Assembly (NCBI GenBank): GCA_002189035.1
Contig: NEEC01000015.1
Coordinates: 682,001 to 746,000, forward strand
Length of the DNA stretch: 64,000 nucleotides
Direction of reading: 5' to 3'
From: Utricularia gibba
Taxonomy: Eukaryota > Plantae > Magnoliophyta
Position 1 is the stretch's first letter. Every line of letters begins with the position of its first letter. The notes under the pieces were generated by a model. It made no database searches, was not told where the DNA came from, and was given only the letters and a program-made list of their open reading frames with translations. The position numbers and the translations under genes were made by a program. Shown here in pieces: positions 37,976 to 51,120 of the stretch.

Positions 37976-40564
37976 AACCAGAAAATGAAAAATAAAAAGA
38001 AAAAGGCAAAATTGTGCTCCTCTTCATCTTCCTCATTTCCCTCTCCTTCGATCTTCTCCCTTGTGATTAGTTAGCAGCAAGTGGACAGTAGAATCATGGC
38101 ATGGATACTCTCCTTATGCACCATTAGATTCCGGATTCTATGGGAATTTTTTAAAGTAGAGATTGAGCATGTTTTTCAAATAGATGCGGCCGGAATATTC
38201 GCCGGCGGGCGGAGACGGCTCACATCACGCATCACGAGAGACTTGTGGCTTCTTAGCTGGAAAGTGTTTATTTACCTTTAAATGATCCCTTTTTGGATAT
38301 TCCGATTCGATTTTATTTCTTCCAGTTTTAGTTTAATTTTAGATTTATTTAAAAAAAGAATGTGGAAAATGAAACCAATAATGGGCAGTTAAATGATGCT
38401 TTGCAACAAAACAAATATCACTTATCAAGTTTTGGGCCCACGAATTAGTCGGCCTTTTCAGCCCATTACTATAGGGCCCAAATTTCAAAGAATGGCGTCC
38501 AACAAACTCGTTCAGATGGCGCCGGTAATTCATATTGCAGCTTGTCCACAATTTCTAGCTTCCCATGTTCCCGTGGAAGTTGACCCCGCCGTTGCTGGTC
38601 GCCGCTTTCTGCCGTCGGTTACTCCAATAGATGAAGTCGGTGAGTATGGGATCCCGGTTTCTCTGCTGCATATAGATTGCGGTATTTCATAGTGCATTTT
38701 CGGTAATCGTTGTGTGAATTTCAGTTTCCTATTCCTATCCAAGGGACATGGAAGTTTTCCCACGGCTTATTTCGATATCTATTTCTTGATAATTGTACTA
38801 GATTATTCATGTTCATGTGGTTTCAACCTGGAAATTTTCTTCCCCGTGCTACCTATAATCTACTATATATGGTTATATTTCCATTAACAGTTAGAGCGGC
38901 AGAACTTGTTCACCTTTAGTCCTATCATTCTCTGTTCATATGCTATCGCAGGTAAACAAAAAAAGTAAAGTGTAGCATAGAAAGAGGTGGTTTCTGAACT
39001 TATCTGCGATGTGAATTTGGTCACTTTGAATGTATTTACAAATTTGCAAATGCTAACGACGTTTTGTTTTGGCTTACGCTTGCTGCAAACATCAGGAATA
39101 TAAGTTACTTGAGGAGCAAAGGTGACCGGCATTAAGAAGTGCGCTCTCAAGAAAGCAAGTTCTTTACCGGATTAACACATAAACTCAGATGCTGTCCAAA
39201 TTGCTCTGCGATCACAGCCTCTATAAACGGCGCTTACGTTATATTTGGCTCATGATGCCTGCAACCTTTCTTGGGGATAAGGTATTAATGTGATCTCCTG
39301 ACTTCTGTTTGTCACATTATCTCCCTCTCTAAGGGGGGTATTTGCAATACAACTTATGGAAAGATTAATGGGATAAGAGATGGATGACTTCCGCCAACAA
39401 ACTTGTGTCCTTTTGCACAGGTTTCATGAACTTGCTATTAATGTTTTTTAACTCTCTATTTTTAAGGGGTAAAGAAATACTTTTTTTGGGTAAATAAAGT
39501 GTGTTTGGTAACTTAAGCATTGTCTGCAGTCATTGTTTAGATTATACTGCAGGTCCATCTTTGCTGATCTGTAAGGTAGTTGTATACTTTTCCTCAGGGA
39601 ATACCGTTCGGCGTAGGCTAATGTGAATGTAGGCGATGGTGAGATGGATAGCCGCTGCCTCCAACCCTTACCATTTTTCCACCTGCCTTTTGAACAAGCC
39701 TTTGGCCAATGATTCTCTCATCAGCACAACAACTACATCAGGTTAGATTCACTTTGCATGCTCCATATTCTATAGCAGGCGTGTTCTTGGTTATTTTGGG
39801 TCGAAATGGTTTTCTCAAAACACATGGAAGAACCCACTTCCCTTTTGCTAATAAAGGTATAGGTAGATTCCTAGTTCTCTTTCACTTGATCTAAGGCCTT
39901 CTTCATTGGGATGTGCCTTGCTGGAGATCGGATCCGGCGCTACTACTACAAATGGCCATGTTGGCGTAGGGGTATTGTTCTTCATTATTTTTGTTTCTTT
40001 TATATGTCAAACAAGGATAGAATAATTGGAACAGCCTACTTCCCACCCAGCCAGCTTAGCTTTGTTCCTGCTTCTACTGCTCTGGCCCCACCCCTTGATG
40101 ATCGAGGGGTTGTTCTGTCTTTTCTCCCTGTAAATTGTCCTTCTCCCACTCACATGCTCAAGCACCTTTTACCGATTGCCCTTTTTTAATAAGGTGTCTT
40201 TTTTTTACCCAGGAGCTATTATTTTCGTGATCCTGCGGTATTATGAATTATGATGACATATTTGTGCGTTTGCAGGTGTTTTGTTTGGCTCCGGAGAGGG
40301 TGAATTTTATTTGGCTAAGAGTTGGCCAACTGTCGAGTTTTGATTGGGTAGGCTTAACTCGGCTAGGCTGTATCGTCGTGTCCTGGCGATAAGCCTGATG
40401 CTTTTGCACCCACTGTGCCTCGAGTCAATTCATTGATTGTTATAAGGAAAGTAGAAGACGGAGCATATCTGTTTCTCAGCCCCACTTCACTGCCATACCG
40501 AAAACCACTCTGGGTTTCGTTCTACAGGGGACTAATTCTCTCTGAGCAATCATCGCCACCATCC

Positions 40565-41675
40565 ATGGGAGGCTGGAGCCTTACTGCGAAGCTTTGCTAC
40601 TTCTGCAAGGCGGTGCCGGCGAGCGTCTTCTGCCGCGCCGACTCCGCCTTCCTCTGCGTCCCCTGTGACGGCAGAGTGCACGCCGCCAACAAGCTCGCGT
40701 CCCGGCACGCGCGTGTCTGGGTCTGCGAGGTGTGCGAGCAGGCACCTGCGGCCTTCACCTGCAAGGCCGACGCGGCAGCACTCTGCCCTACCTGCGACCG
40801 CGACATCCACTCCGCCAACGCCCTTGCTCGCCGACACGAGCGGATCCCGGTTGTCCCTTTCTATGATGCAGCGTCGGCGACGAAATCCACCGACCCGCCC
40901 TCCGCACAGGAGGATTTCTCGGAGGAGGAGGCGGAGGCCGCCTCGTGGCTCCTCCCTGATCCCGACTGCAAGACCGCCGCCGCGGCTGAAGATCCGGGCT
41001 CCCCCGAGTACAAGTCTGCGGAGTATCTGTTCAATGAGATGGATAACCCTTACTTGGATCTGGATTTGATTGCCGGAGATCAGAAGCCCGGCCACCACGG
41101 CGATGCTGCTGATGAAAAACAGATCTACTCCTCTGACGGCGTCGTCCCTGTTCAACACAAAAGTGAATTCGACTCCGCCGTTCAGTACCCCGGCCCCGTC
41201 GTGGATGGCTACCCTTCCTACGATGTGGAGTACCCGAGTACCAAGCCTCTGATGTACAGCTTCTCCTCTCAGGGCGTCAGCCACAGCGTAAATTTTTCCT
41301 CCTCCCGTAGAATTGAAGTGTGAAATCTAGAGATGAGTGAAGTCCTGACGTTAAGAATTGATTTTACAGTTATCATCATCGTCGGTTGACGTCGGCGTGG
41401 TGCCGGATCAAGCCGATGTGTCCAACACGTACGGCAAGAATGACGGCGGCGTCCCGGTGCCAGTTTCCGGCGTCGATCGGGAGGCGAGGGTTCTGAGATA
41501 CAGGGAGAAGAGGAAGAATCGGAAGTTTGAGAAAACGATAAGATACGCATCCCGGAAAGCCTACGCAGAGACCCGGCCGAGAATCAAAGGAAGGTTCGCC
41601 AAACGAACCGAGCTGGAAGCCGATTCGCTCATCGGCCAAGACGCGTCGTCATACGGCGTCGTTCCGTCGTTTTAG
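40565..41675 (+). CDS. COL: CONSTANS-like B-box/CCT transcription factor (COL3/4/5 type); two exons (intron ~41288-41370)
   Basis: Two B-boxes, CCT domain ([43 protein letters not shown]) and terminal YGVVPSF. Confidence 0.95.
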
Positions 41676-42652
41676 CTAGTTCTCTGAAATATTAGTGTTA
41701 ATTAATCATGTATATATATTATCTATATATATGTATTTTGCATCTCTCTGTACGTGTGACTTCTCCCCTTTGTACTGCCGTGCCCCGTTTTCTAGTCAAC
41801 CGTTTCTATTTCCCCATCCAATCACAACCTCGAGTGCCTCACTTCATCTACCACAATGTACTTCATAAGGTTGCATCCTCCTAAAGTTGTCGGTTCAACT
41901 TTCCAATAATCCAGCCGCCGGTTCATAAAAAAATTTACAAACCGAAACTTACTCCGTGAACCGGGTTCCAATCGATCAATCCTCGTGTTTATTCCACTAA
42001 TCCAGTTTAGATCCAGGCTCCTTTCTTTTTGGGGTACGCTTGTGCTCAAGAAATATCTTCGATGTATTCAAAAGAACCTAAGCTTTTTCGGTGACGTCAT
42101 CCGGGGAACCCCATGACGAGATCAATAAAGCTATTTTTGAAAAAAATCAAATTACAAGGTGGAGGGACGAGAAATTAGATAAGCCGCTACTTATTGGCAT
42201 TTTGCGTGCGCTACTTGAATGCAAATATTTGTTTCTTTGTGAAATGAGAAAAATCTAATAAAAAAAGAAAGGGATCGTGGGCCCATGGAGTACTAATTTC
42301 TGTAACGTGATTGGCTGAGAGGATTTCCATTTATCTCTTCAGCCAGACGAAGGGACACCGTGTCCGGTGCCCTCTGGAACGTTCTGGCATTTTATTTATT
42401 GCCACATCATATAGATTATCCATCCATGGCCATCTGATATTTGTGCTATTTTTTTTTGGCAGGGGTATGGTGGGAAATTGTGATTTATTATGAGATAAAG
42501 ATGTTGTGGGCCTAATGACCGTTAAGCCCATTAAGCAAGGAATAAGAATCGCGTAGCTTTGGCGCTGGATCAGCAATAAGAATTGTTCGCCAATCGGCTC
42601 TCTTATCTGGGCCGTGTTGGGCATCGATCACTCTTTGAAAAAAGAAGACGAT

Positions 42653-43542
42653 ATGCAGATTTTTGTGAAGGCCCTCATTGGGGGAGCACGATCACGCTCG
42701 AGATCGAGAGCAGTGATACAATCGAGGATATCAAGGGTAAGATTCAGATTTTTTTTTTGAATTGCTGTAATTGTGTTCAGCGATTGTTGATAGCTTTAGT
42801 TCCTAGTCACGGTTTTCTGCTCTGATATCGATTTTTGTATCAGTAGGAGAGAGTTTTGGTTGTAACTAGGGTTTTTGGAGCTAAACAGTTCGTGAAATTT
42901 GACCTATATTTGTAACTCCGTTCTTTGATTATGGATTTGGATTGCTGGGATCTGAATGTATTCATGATTTGGTTAAAAAGAAAAGAAAACGTTGTAGGTG
43001 TTGTCTTAAAATTTCGGCTTAGATCGTTTATGGGTGTGGCAGGAGAAGGAAGGCATCCCTCCTGATCATCAAAGACTAATATTTGCTGGCAAGCTGTTGG
43101 AAGATGGCAGGACTTTGGCTGATTACAACATTCAGAAAGAATCTACCCTCCACCTTGTTTTGAGGCTGAGTGGAGGAACCATGATAAAAGTCAAGACCCT
43201 TACAGGAAAATAAATAGAGATTGATATTAAGCCAACGGGCACAATGGAAAAAGGATGAAGGAACGGGTTGAGGAGAAAGAGGGCATTCCCGCAGTCCAGC
43301 AAAGGTTTGTTAAAGATGCCTCCCATGGTTTCCTTAACTCAGCAGCATTGCTCGATATGCCTTGCGCTTATGTCTAGGCATCATTTCATTCGCAATGTGA
43401 TCACTTATCGTGTTTTATTGGCGTCGTTGGCAGGATGAATTATGCTGGGAGGCAGCTCGCTGATGACAACACCGCCAAGGACTACAGCGTTGATGGTGGC
43501 TCTGTTCTTCATCCGTTTCTGGCCCTCGGGGTAGGTGTTTAG
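42653..43542 (+). pseudogene. RUB1: Ubiquitin-RUB/NEDD8 fusion gene (RUB1/RUB2-like), disabled and unprocessed
   Basis: MQIFVK... with a frameshift near 42680; donor after KIQ reads AT instead of GT; LRLSGG instead of LRLRGG; in-frame TAA in the RUB half (TLTGK*IEID); further frameshift; altered C-terminus LHPFLALGVGV*. Confidence 0.88.
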
Positions 43543-43881
43543 GCCTTATGGGGCTACCATTTGAATTTATCTGTCCATTGATGTACCATTTTGACAGCAA
43601 ACTTGATTTTTCTACTCCCACGGGTTCCCTAAACGTCTGCATTTTGCCCTTATTGGGGTATTGCTGTTGCGTAAGTCGATACTACTGATGACAGAAATGT
43701 CTTGCGCATTCGATGCAACACCTGACTTTAGAAGGATTTTTGTAGTTAAGTTTTCTAAGTTACGTGCTTTGAAGTTCGATATAGAAATTGGGTTTGTGCG
43801 TATTCGAACTACTCTAATGCATATTCCCTAATAGAACAGGGACGAGCAGCTTGCCGCCGGAACGGCGTTAAAAAGAATCTC

Positions 43882-44069
43882 GTGCTATGACGCTTTTCTG
43901 CCTTGTCTGGCCGTTTACTTGCACTGTTCTTCAAGGACGAGTGAGTCCAGTCGGCCCTGAGAGTGCTATGACGCTTTTGTCCCTAGTTGGCCTTTTGGTG
44001 ATCACACGCCGTTTAGCTATTGTTCTTCAAGGGCAAATAAGACTATTCTTTAAGTGCTCTGACGCTTTT
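43882..44069 (+). repeat. Three degenerate direct repeats with core GTGCT(A/C)TGACGCTTTT
   Basis: Copies at 43882-43897, 43963-43978 and 44054-44069; TGTTCTTCAAGG at 43925 and 44021; GCCGTTTA at 43910 and 44008. Confidence 0.75.
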
Positions 44070-44320
44070 ACCCTTGAATGGCGACTACATGATCTCACGC
44101 AGTTTTCTCTGAAAATCCTTGTGCCCATTGTTTTCCTATTGACTTCACATATAGCGTCTACGCCGCCGTAAAAAAAAAGGAAAGAAAGATAGAAGAAACC
44201 TAATTGCGGCCGAACGCAGCGGTAATCAATCCGTGTTTATTGCGTAGTTTTCACTGCGTTAATTGGGTCTGATTCTGGGTTGTTCTCATCAGGTAGGTTT
44301 CTTTGAATCGGATCAACAGG

Positions 44321-45288
44321 ATGGGAGCAGGAGGCAGAGAAATGTCGATATCCCTAGATGGCGTGAGGGATAAGAATGTGATGCAGCTAAAGAAGCTCAA
44401 TACTGCTCTCTTTCCTGTTCGATATAATGACAAATACTACGCCGATGCTCTGGCTTCTGGAGAGTTCACCAAATTAGGTTTGTTTGGTTTCTGGGTCCCT
44501 TTTTCCACCTCAAGATTTCTAATTTATTTCTTTTATTTCATTTATCCAAGGAGGATCCGGAATGATGCAATATGGAGTAGTTTTCAAATCTTGAAGCTTG
44601 TCAATGAAAATTGTGATTGTAGCAGTCTTTGTTGTTCGCTCTTTGCTAGTGCAAAATAATGCATTTTGATTTGGAATTTTGTGTTCTGACTAGCCTTATG
44701 CTGCGGGGCTTTTGTGCTTCTCCATTTTTATGCATTTTCTCCAACGACCATAGGTATCTGAAGTGTAGTATTTTCTGTTTTACAGCTTATTATTGTGACA
44801 TTTGCGTGGGGGCTATTGCTTGTCGCCTTGAGAAGAAGGAGAGTGGTGCCATATGCGTATACATCATGACATTAGGCGTTTTGGCACCATACCGCGGGCT
44901 TGGTATTGGTGAGCTATTCTCTCGCTCCTGCATAGGAATATAACCAATGTGGTTCCTTTCAGATTTTGCATACTACCCTGTTAGCCTGTGATTTTTGATA
45001 TACCACTCAGCGTCTTCAGCGTATCTTTGAGGATTATGGCATCAAACTGAAGCTGTTTTCCTTGCAGGCTCTAAGCTGTTGAATCATGTCCTCGACATGT
45101 GCTCGAAACAAGGCATTGGGGAGGTGTACTTACATGTGCAGACAAACAACGACGATGCCATCAAGTTCTACAAGAAATTTGAGTTTGAAATCACGGAGAC
45201 AATTCACAATTACTACACAAACATCACCCCTCCGGACTGCTACGTTGTCACCAAGATGATTCCACAGCCCCAACCCAAGAAACAGTAA
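44321..45288 (+). CDS. NAA50: N-alpha-acetyltransferase 50 (NatE catalytic subunit); 3 exons
   Basis: QLKKLNTALFPVRYNDKYY, VYIMTLGVLAPYRGLGIG, VYLHVQTNN, YYTNITPPDCY. Confidence 0.95.
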
Positions 45289-45516
45289 GGGAAACCTTCT
45301 TTCTCAATGAATGATCTTTCTGAGGCAATCATTTTCACCGTCCCGAAGCTCTTGGTTCATCATATTCGGTTATTCCTTCCAAGGTGATCAATGCATATTC
45401 ATGATATCAAATTTTGTTGTCGGAACAATGTTTGCTCTATTGACTGTGAAGGATTTTTGCTGCTGGTGTTGAGAAGTTTGGGAATTGATTGGACTTGGGT
45501 TTGATAAATATACCAT

Positions 45517-45548
45517 TGGGCCGGCCCACTTATGTGCCCTATGGCCCA
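45517..45548. promoter_or_regulatory. Site II element cluster upstream of Ran
   Basis: TGGGCC 45517-45522, GGCCCA 45523-45528 and GGCCCA 45543-45548. Confidence 0.5.
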
Positions 45549-45797
45549 TTAGATTTCAATTAAAAAAAATCATGGACACGCGTAAGGCACGTGATTCTAG
45601 ATCCAACGGTGGGGATCAACGCGTCGGATTAAAGCCACCGAAGTCGGCAAAAATTTGAAAATCAATCACGCACCCCCCGTACTTAATGCTTCTTTTAGGG
45701 CTGGCTCGATAACGCTGCCTTAGTCCTTATATATGCGTTGCGATTCGCAGAGCGGGCAGCTTCGTCGTTTGCTCTCGTCTGGTGGCTTGCTCGATCT

Positions 45798-47120
45798 ATG
45801 GTGAGCCCTGGTTTTATTTTGGATTCGCTGTTTGCTCGATTTAGACGAATTGCGTGTGTGTTTCCAGGCGTTGCCTACTCAACAGGCTGTGGATTACCCG
45901 AGTTTCAAGCTTGTAATTGTTGGCGATGGTGGAACAGGTGACTTTTTTTTGGTTGAAAGGGAGTGTATGTGATTTGTGGCTTTGTTTGTTAATCGGCGCA
46001 GTTTTTGAGGAGTTGTTTAATTTTTGTGAGATTATGCGTGAGAAGGGTTCGTTTTTTGTATCTGAATTCAGGATTTGGTGATATTCGTCTTGGTAACTGG
46101 TGCAGGGAAAACCACTTTTGTGAAAAGGCATATTACTGGGGAGTTCGAGAAGAAATATGAACGTGAGTTTGCCTTCTTTTCATTTAGGATACAAGATTTA
46201 ATTTTTTGGGTGCCTTTTATTTAAAAGATACATTATTTTATTTCTCTGTTGAAACAGCTACCATCGGTGTTGAAGTTTCCCCATTGGATTTCTTCACCAA
46301 TTGTGGAAAGATCCGGTTTTACTGCTGGGACACTGCTGGGCAGGAGAAGTTCGGTGGCCTCAGGGATGGTTATTAGTAAGTGCTTTCACTCTTGTATGCC
46401 TTAGCAGTAAGCTAAAGTTGCATGATACTGCTTGTTCAACCATTGCAGCATCCATGGACAATGTGCAATCATCATGTTCGATGTTACCGCACGATTGACT
46501 TACAAGAACGTCCCTACATGGCATCGTGATCTCTGCCGGTAGTTCTCCATACCTAATTTTCAAGAACGTTCCCATCATTCTCTACATTCGGCTGAAAACC
46601 TTGCTTTTAATATTAGGGTTTGCGAGAATATTCCCATTGTTCTTTGTGGGAACAAGGTTGATGTCAAGAACAGGCAGGTGAAGGCCAAGGCAGTCACTTT
46701 CCACAGGAAAAAGAATCTCCAATACTATGAAATATCTGCTAAAAGTAACTACAACTTCGAGAAGCCCTTCTTGTACCTTGCCAGGAAACTAGCTGGGTAT
46801 GCATCCTTGTTGCTGAAGCATTGAGTCTTCCAATTTCTCGGTGAAATAGTGTAACCTTTATTAACTGGATGCAGTGACCCTAACTTGCACTTTGTCGAGT
46901 CCCCTGCTCTTGCTCCACCTGAAGTGCAAATCGATCTTGCAGCACAGCAACAGTAAGTCCCTAGTGTACCTATTTTTCACGTTGCAACACACCCATGTGA
47001 TAAGGTCTTTACTGACATTGATGTGTTGTTTGCCCCTACTCGTTGCCCAGGCATGAAGCTGAGCTTCGTGATGCTGCTAATCAGCCACTACCCGACGACG
47101 ACGATGATGCATTCGATTAA
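45798..47120 (+). CDS. RAN: Ran small GTPase; multi-exon; first exon contributes only the ATG
   Basis: ATG|gtgagc, [49 protein letters not shown] and acidic tail DDDDDAFD*. Confidence 0.96.
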
Positions 47121-48203
47121 AACATATGGTTTATGATGGACTCCCCCAGTCCTTTTGGTTCGTTTTTTCCGTTCAGGTTTCGTTAGGGGGGAGGGGAGCC
47201 TCTGTTCTTTGTGCGAGGTGTGTGCGTTTGTTATCGGACGGTGGATCGTTCTGTTTCGCTCCTTGCTGTTTTAAATCCTAAGTATTTCTACTTTCCATCA
47301 CTTTTATGCGGCCTTCATATATTTTCATTCTTGTAATAAATTTTTTAAAAAAACCACAACGTTCAATAAGAAAAGAATCAGTAGGCAAGCAAGGGGAAGC
47401 ATTATCGGTTCAGTTTTGATTTTTTAAAAATAAAACATTTTTCTTAAATTTTAATTACTTATTTCTTGGAGCTTCATTTTTCGGGTTTAATTCGAATAAG
47501 CCAGATGTCTGGAGCCCTGTTCTGCAGAAATAATACGACAACACCCTGAAATGTGCAGGAAATAATAAGCAAAAAGTGCGTAGAAATAAAACCACAACAT
47601 GAAGCTTCTACCATCACATTTCATCAAATTAGAACCATGTTGTGAATAGGGTGTGATACCAGGATCAGCCAATATCAGATGAAGCATCTGCTAGATGCTG
47701 GCTGATCGAATCAACCAATCGAATACAAGAGAAATGAGAGGCAGTTAATCCTGCTATGATCTGCAAAGCAGTGGAAGATGATGGGGGGATGCCTCCTGTT
47801 GTACCCCTGGAAAATGAAGTACATGGGTTCAAGAAGAAACAAGTATGGCCTTACAAAATTCACTTGCTCCTCACAGGACATAAACGAGAACAGCCAAACC
47901 AGCTTTAGGCAAAACATCATACTGGCTTTCGTAACCTGTCCAATGCCATTTAAACATGATTCCGCATCTTAGAGTTTCAGGAAGAGTTAAAAGCATTACA
48001 ACAACAGGGTAACATATGAATTAAAATGAGCCAAGCATTTCTTCAAGGAACTGCAGCATTTTACTAATGAATATACATTTGATACAGAATGCCTCATAGT
48101 CCTCAAGGTGTCAACTTTTTGCACAAATTAAAGACATTCATGAAAATAAAATGAGACGACAACATTTCCATCTTCTAAAGGAAAAGAAGGATGAGAGAAT
48201 ATA

Positions 48204-49558
48204 TTATACTGTTAATGATGAGTTTTTGGTGGAAATTAGGAGCCTCAGCTCCTCCAAATGTTCATCATTTGAAATGTGAAGCACCACTCGAAGATTCGTC
48301 AACAGTGTCTCCTGCTCCCATGTTAAAGGACCAGAAACAAATAAAGCCTGTAGAGTGCATCGATAAGCATGCAACTCTAACCAGTGTATACTCACCTCCA
48401 ACTCTTGGCGGTTGGGAGGTGAAGGAGAAGCATCCCTATCTGACTCTGAACCACAACACGACTCTGCATCACTACAAGTTGAGTCTGCCTCTGCGCATGT
48501 TGCGATCACAGGAAATGTGTAACAGCAGTTCACGCCACCCTGGCTAGTAATACTGCAACTTCCAACAGAACAAGCATCCTTGTCATCAATCCTTAACTCC
48601 GTGTTCCTGGACTCAGCGAGGCCAATATGATTATCATGCCTTGCCCTCTCCATTTGATTATATCTGATAGATATAATGTTATTGGAAGCATGCATGTTCT
48701 GTTCACCCAAAATTGGGTAAGCAACAGCATGTACCTTTTCAGGAATCACGTCAGCAGCCATTTTATTCTTCTTTCCTTTTTTCTCACTATTCTAAATTTT
48801 TGTATATGTCTAGAAGAGTTGCGATTTGCAGTTGACGAATCAAAGGGCGACATCCGCTTTCTGGATGGCAAAGATATCTCAGTAGGCTCCCTAATTGAAG
48901 TATCATCGTCGTTGTAAACATTGGTTGCTGCCAAATAACCAGCTGCTCGAAAATTCTACATAAAGCAGAAAGTTAGGTGTCACCATTGTAATGATTTTCC
49001 AGCAAATGCTTGAAAGATGCAAAAAAATAAATAAATAAAGATGTCATGGTTAAAAAATGTTCACAGGAAAAAGTATTTTTAGAGGAAACAAAGGCATACC
49101 TTCTCCATTAGAATCCATGTGTCATCATCCCAGGTTCTTCTCATCCTGATATTTGATATGTCAACAACTAGTTGGCATGAGCGTCCCAGTAACCTGACTA
49201 AGTATCGAGATCCAGACAAAGCAGCTTTCTTATAGGCCGTGCTCCTTCTACCAGCATGCTGAACTCGCAGAACCTTTAGAATAGCAGCAGCCTTCCACGA
49301 ATAATCATGAAAAACCTCCACAACATCTCCAGCATCAAAATTCTCAGTTCCATGCTCCACCATCACCTTAGAAGGGGATGGTCTAAGACAATCTACTGGA
49401 ATGTCTTCAACAATTCCATCAGTAGCCATACCGGGATATAAGTCATACTGCACAGTGCAGGTGTGAACATGAGACGACAATATCACAGCAGGTCGCCAAG
49501 AAATTGGCATCTCCTCGTCATTCATAACCTCCACTCTGTCGCCTTTTTTTAATCTCAT
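48204..49558 (-). CDS. Agenet/Tudor plus ENT domain chromatin protein; has a 5'-UTR intron
   Basis: MRLKKGDRVEV...WRPAVI, GDVVEVFHDYSWK, and C-terminal ENT (LELHAYRCTLQALFVSGPLTWEQETLLTNLR...ISNDEHL). Confidence 0.88.
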
Positions 49559-50487
49559 CTTGATCGTATCCCTTGAAGAAGCATTAATACCCTGCAGATG
49601 TTTAAGAGAAAAGTTCAGATAAATAAGTAAGCAAATCAAGGATCATGTACAACACAATGAATATTCAATTCAGATTCGTTGTTTCTCTTGCTGGTAATGA
49701 AAATCAGCCACCATTTCATACAAAATGCATTATCTGTAAACAGATCTTCCCAACAACTATATACATTTAATTTTCAGAACTTCATATATGCTTCTATTTT
49801 TAAAAATAAACTAAAAAAAGGATTCACAATTTTCAAAACCACAGCAACCAATATCATCACCACAAGTAAAGAATCGACTTCTCAGCACTACCTAACCAGA
49901 ACGTCAAGGGAAAAAATACATAATCCTCAATATAAAAACACCGGATACCAAAACCTCAACATCCACGGAAACATATCGATAATCCAAACATCGAATCCTG
50001 GATCAAAATCAGATTAAAATTATTGAGATTTTACTCACCGAAACACCAACAATCCAACGTTTTCTTCAAAATTCAAAGGAAATTCGGAGTCAGCGCTGTC
50101 GCAATTATGTGGCTTCAATCTCCGGATGCAGATTATCAACAGATTCAGATTCGCCCTTTTTGAAAGGCCTAGGGTTTGTATTCTGCGTTTGCCTTGGTGA
50201 AAGGGAAAAATATTAAAAAGAAAGAAGGAATGACATGACGCAGGTGTGGAACGGATTCCCCAATACATAGAACATACGTGTCATTTTAGAAATTCCTGCT
50301 TTATTGATTATTCGTTTTTCTGGTAGAATTAAAATAAATAAATAATAGGTTCATGATGCACGCATTTTCTGTTACCCCACGACACGCGCTTCTTCTCTTT
50401 GTCCTCTTTTTCCGGGATAAAATAATATATATTTTTTAAACTAATTTAGGTTTAAAAAAAACGCTTACAAGTCCGGGCTCATGTTAT

Positions 50488-50550
50488 TGGGCCTTATCGA
50501 GAAGACATTTCTTAGAAAGGCCCATTGGATAGCCCATTTCAGACCCATAA
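50488..50550. promoter_or_regulatory. Site II cluster in the bidirectional promoter shared by the Agenet/ENT and CYP95-like genes
   Basis: TGGGCC 50488-50493, GGCCCA 50519-50524, AGCCCA 50531-50536. Confidence 0.5.
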
Positions 50551-51120
50551 ACTACATTAAAAATAAGACTTTTATTTGTTACTTTTATCACCTATGGATA
50601 TATATGCCGAAACCTGTGGGGAGTGGTTTCACTGAGGTAGGTTTTGGTCATCGTCGTGCGTGTCTGGGGAGGAGCAGCTTCGCCGGCTGCGTCTTTCTCT
50701 ACGGTGCGGAAGATTCTCAGGTTTGGAGGACAGCACTGTTTTAACTGTGATCTCTGTAGATGCTTTTTTCTGCTAAGTTGTTGCTACTCTATCCTGTTAC
50801 TGTGTTGGGTTGCTTGGGCATGCTGGTCGCCGCCGCTGGTGGCTGATACTGCGGCGGAAATTATCTTTCGGGGTTTACGGTTTTTCACTGTTTTCTTTCA
50901 TAAATTATTTAGTAAGATGTTTGAATTGCGAAAATGTTCGCACTCCAAGGACTTGCCATGCGGATCCGTCTTTGTCCACTTGGGTAGATCTATTTAGCCA
51001 CACCCTGTTTTGCCCTTTTACATTTGGCCAAAATGGAGATTAATTGATTTTTTAACCACGCGGGTTCACAGAGAAGGGTTTTTTTATGTATGCGCTCTGT
51101 TGGCTTAGTCAAGTGGGACA

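Noticed and set aside
40550-41284. 244-aa antisense ORF over the COL exon 1 (similar shadows over the protease, SKIP25 and expansins)
   Set aside because: GC-rich coding sequence depletes stops on the opposite strand; no independent motifs.
41822-42049. 75-aa minus-strand ORF downstream of COL
   Set aside because: Non-ATG start, no motif or splice support.
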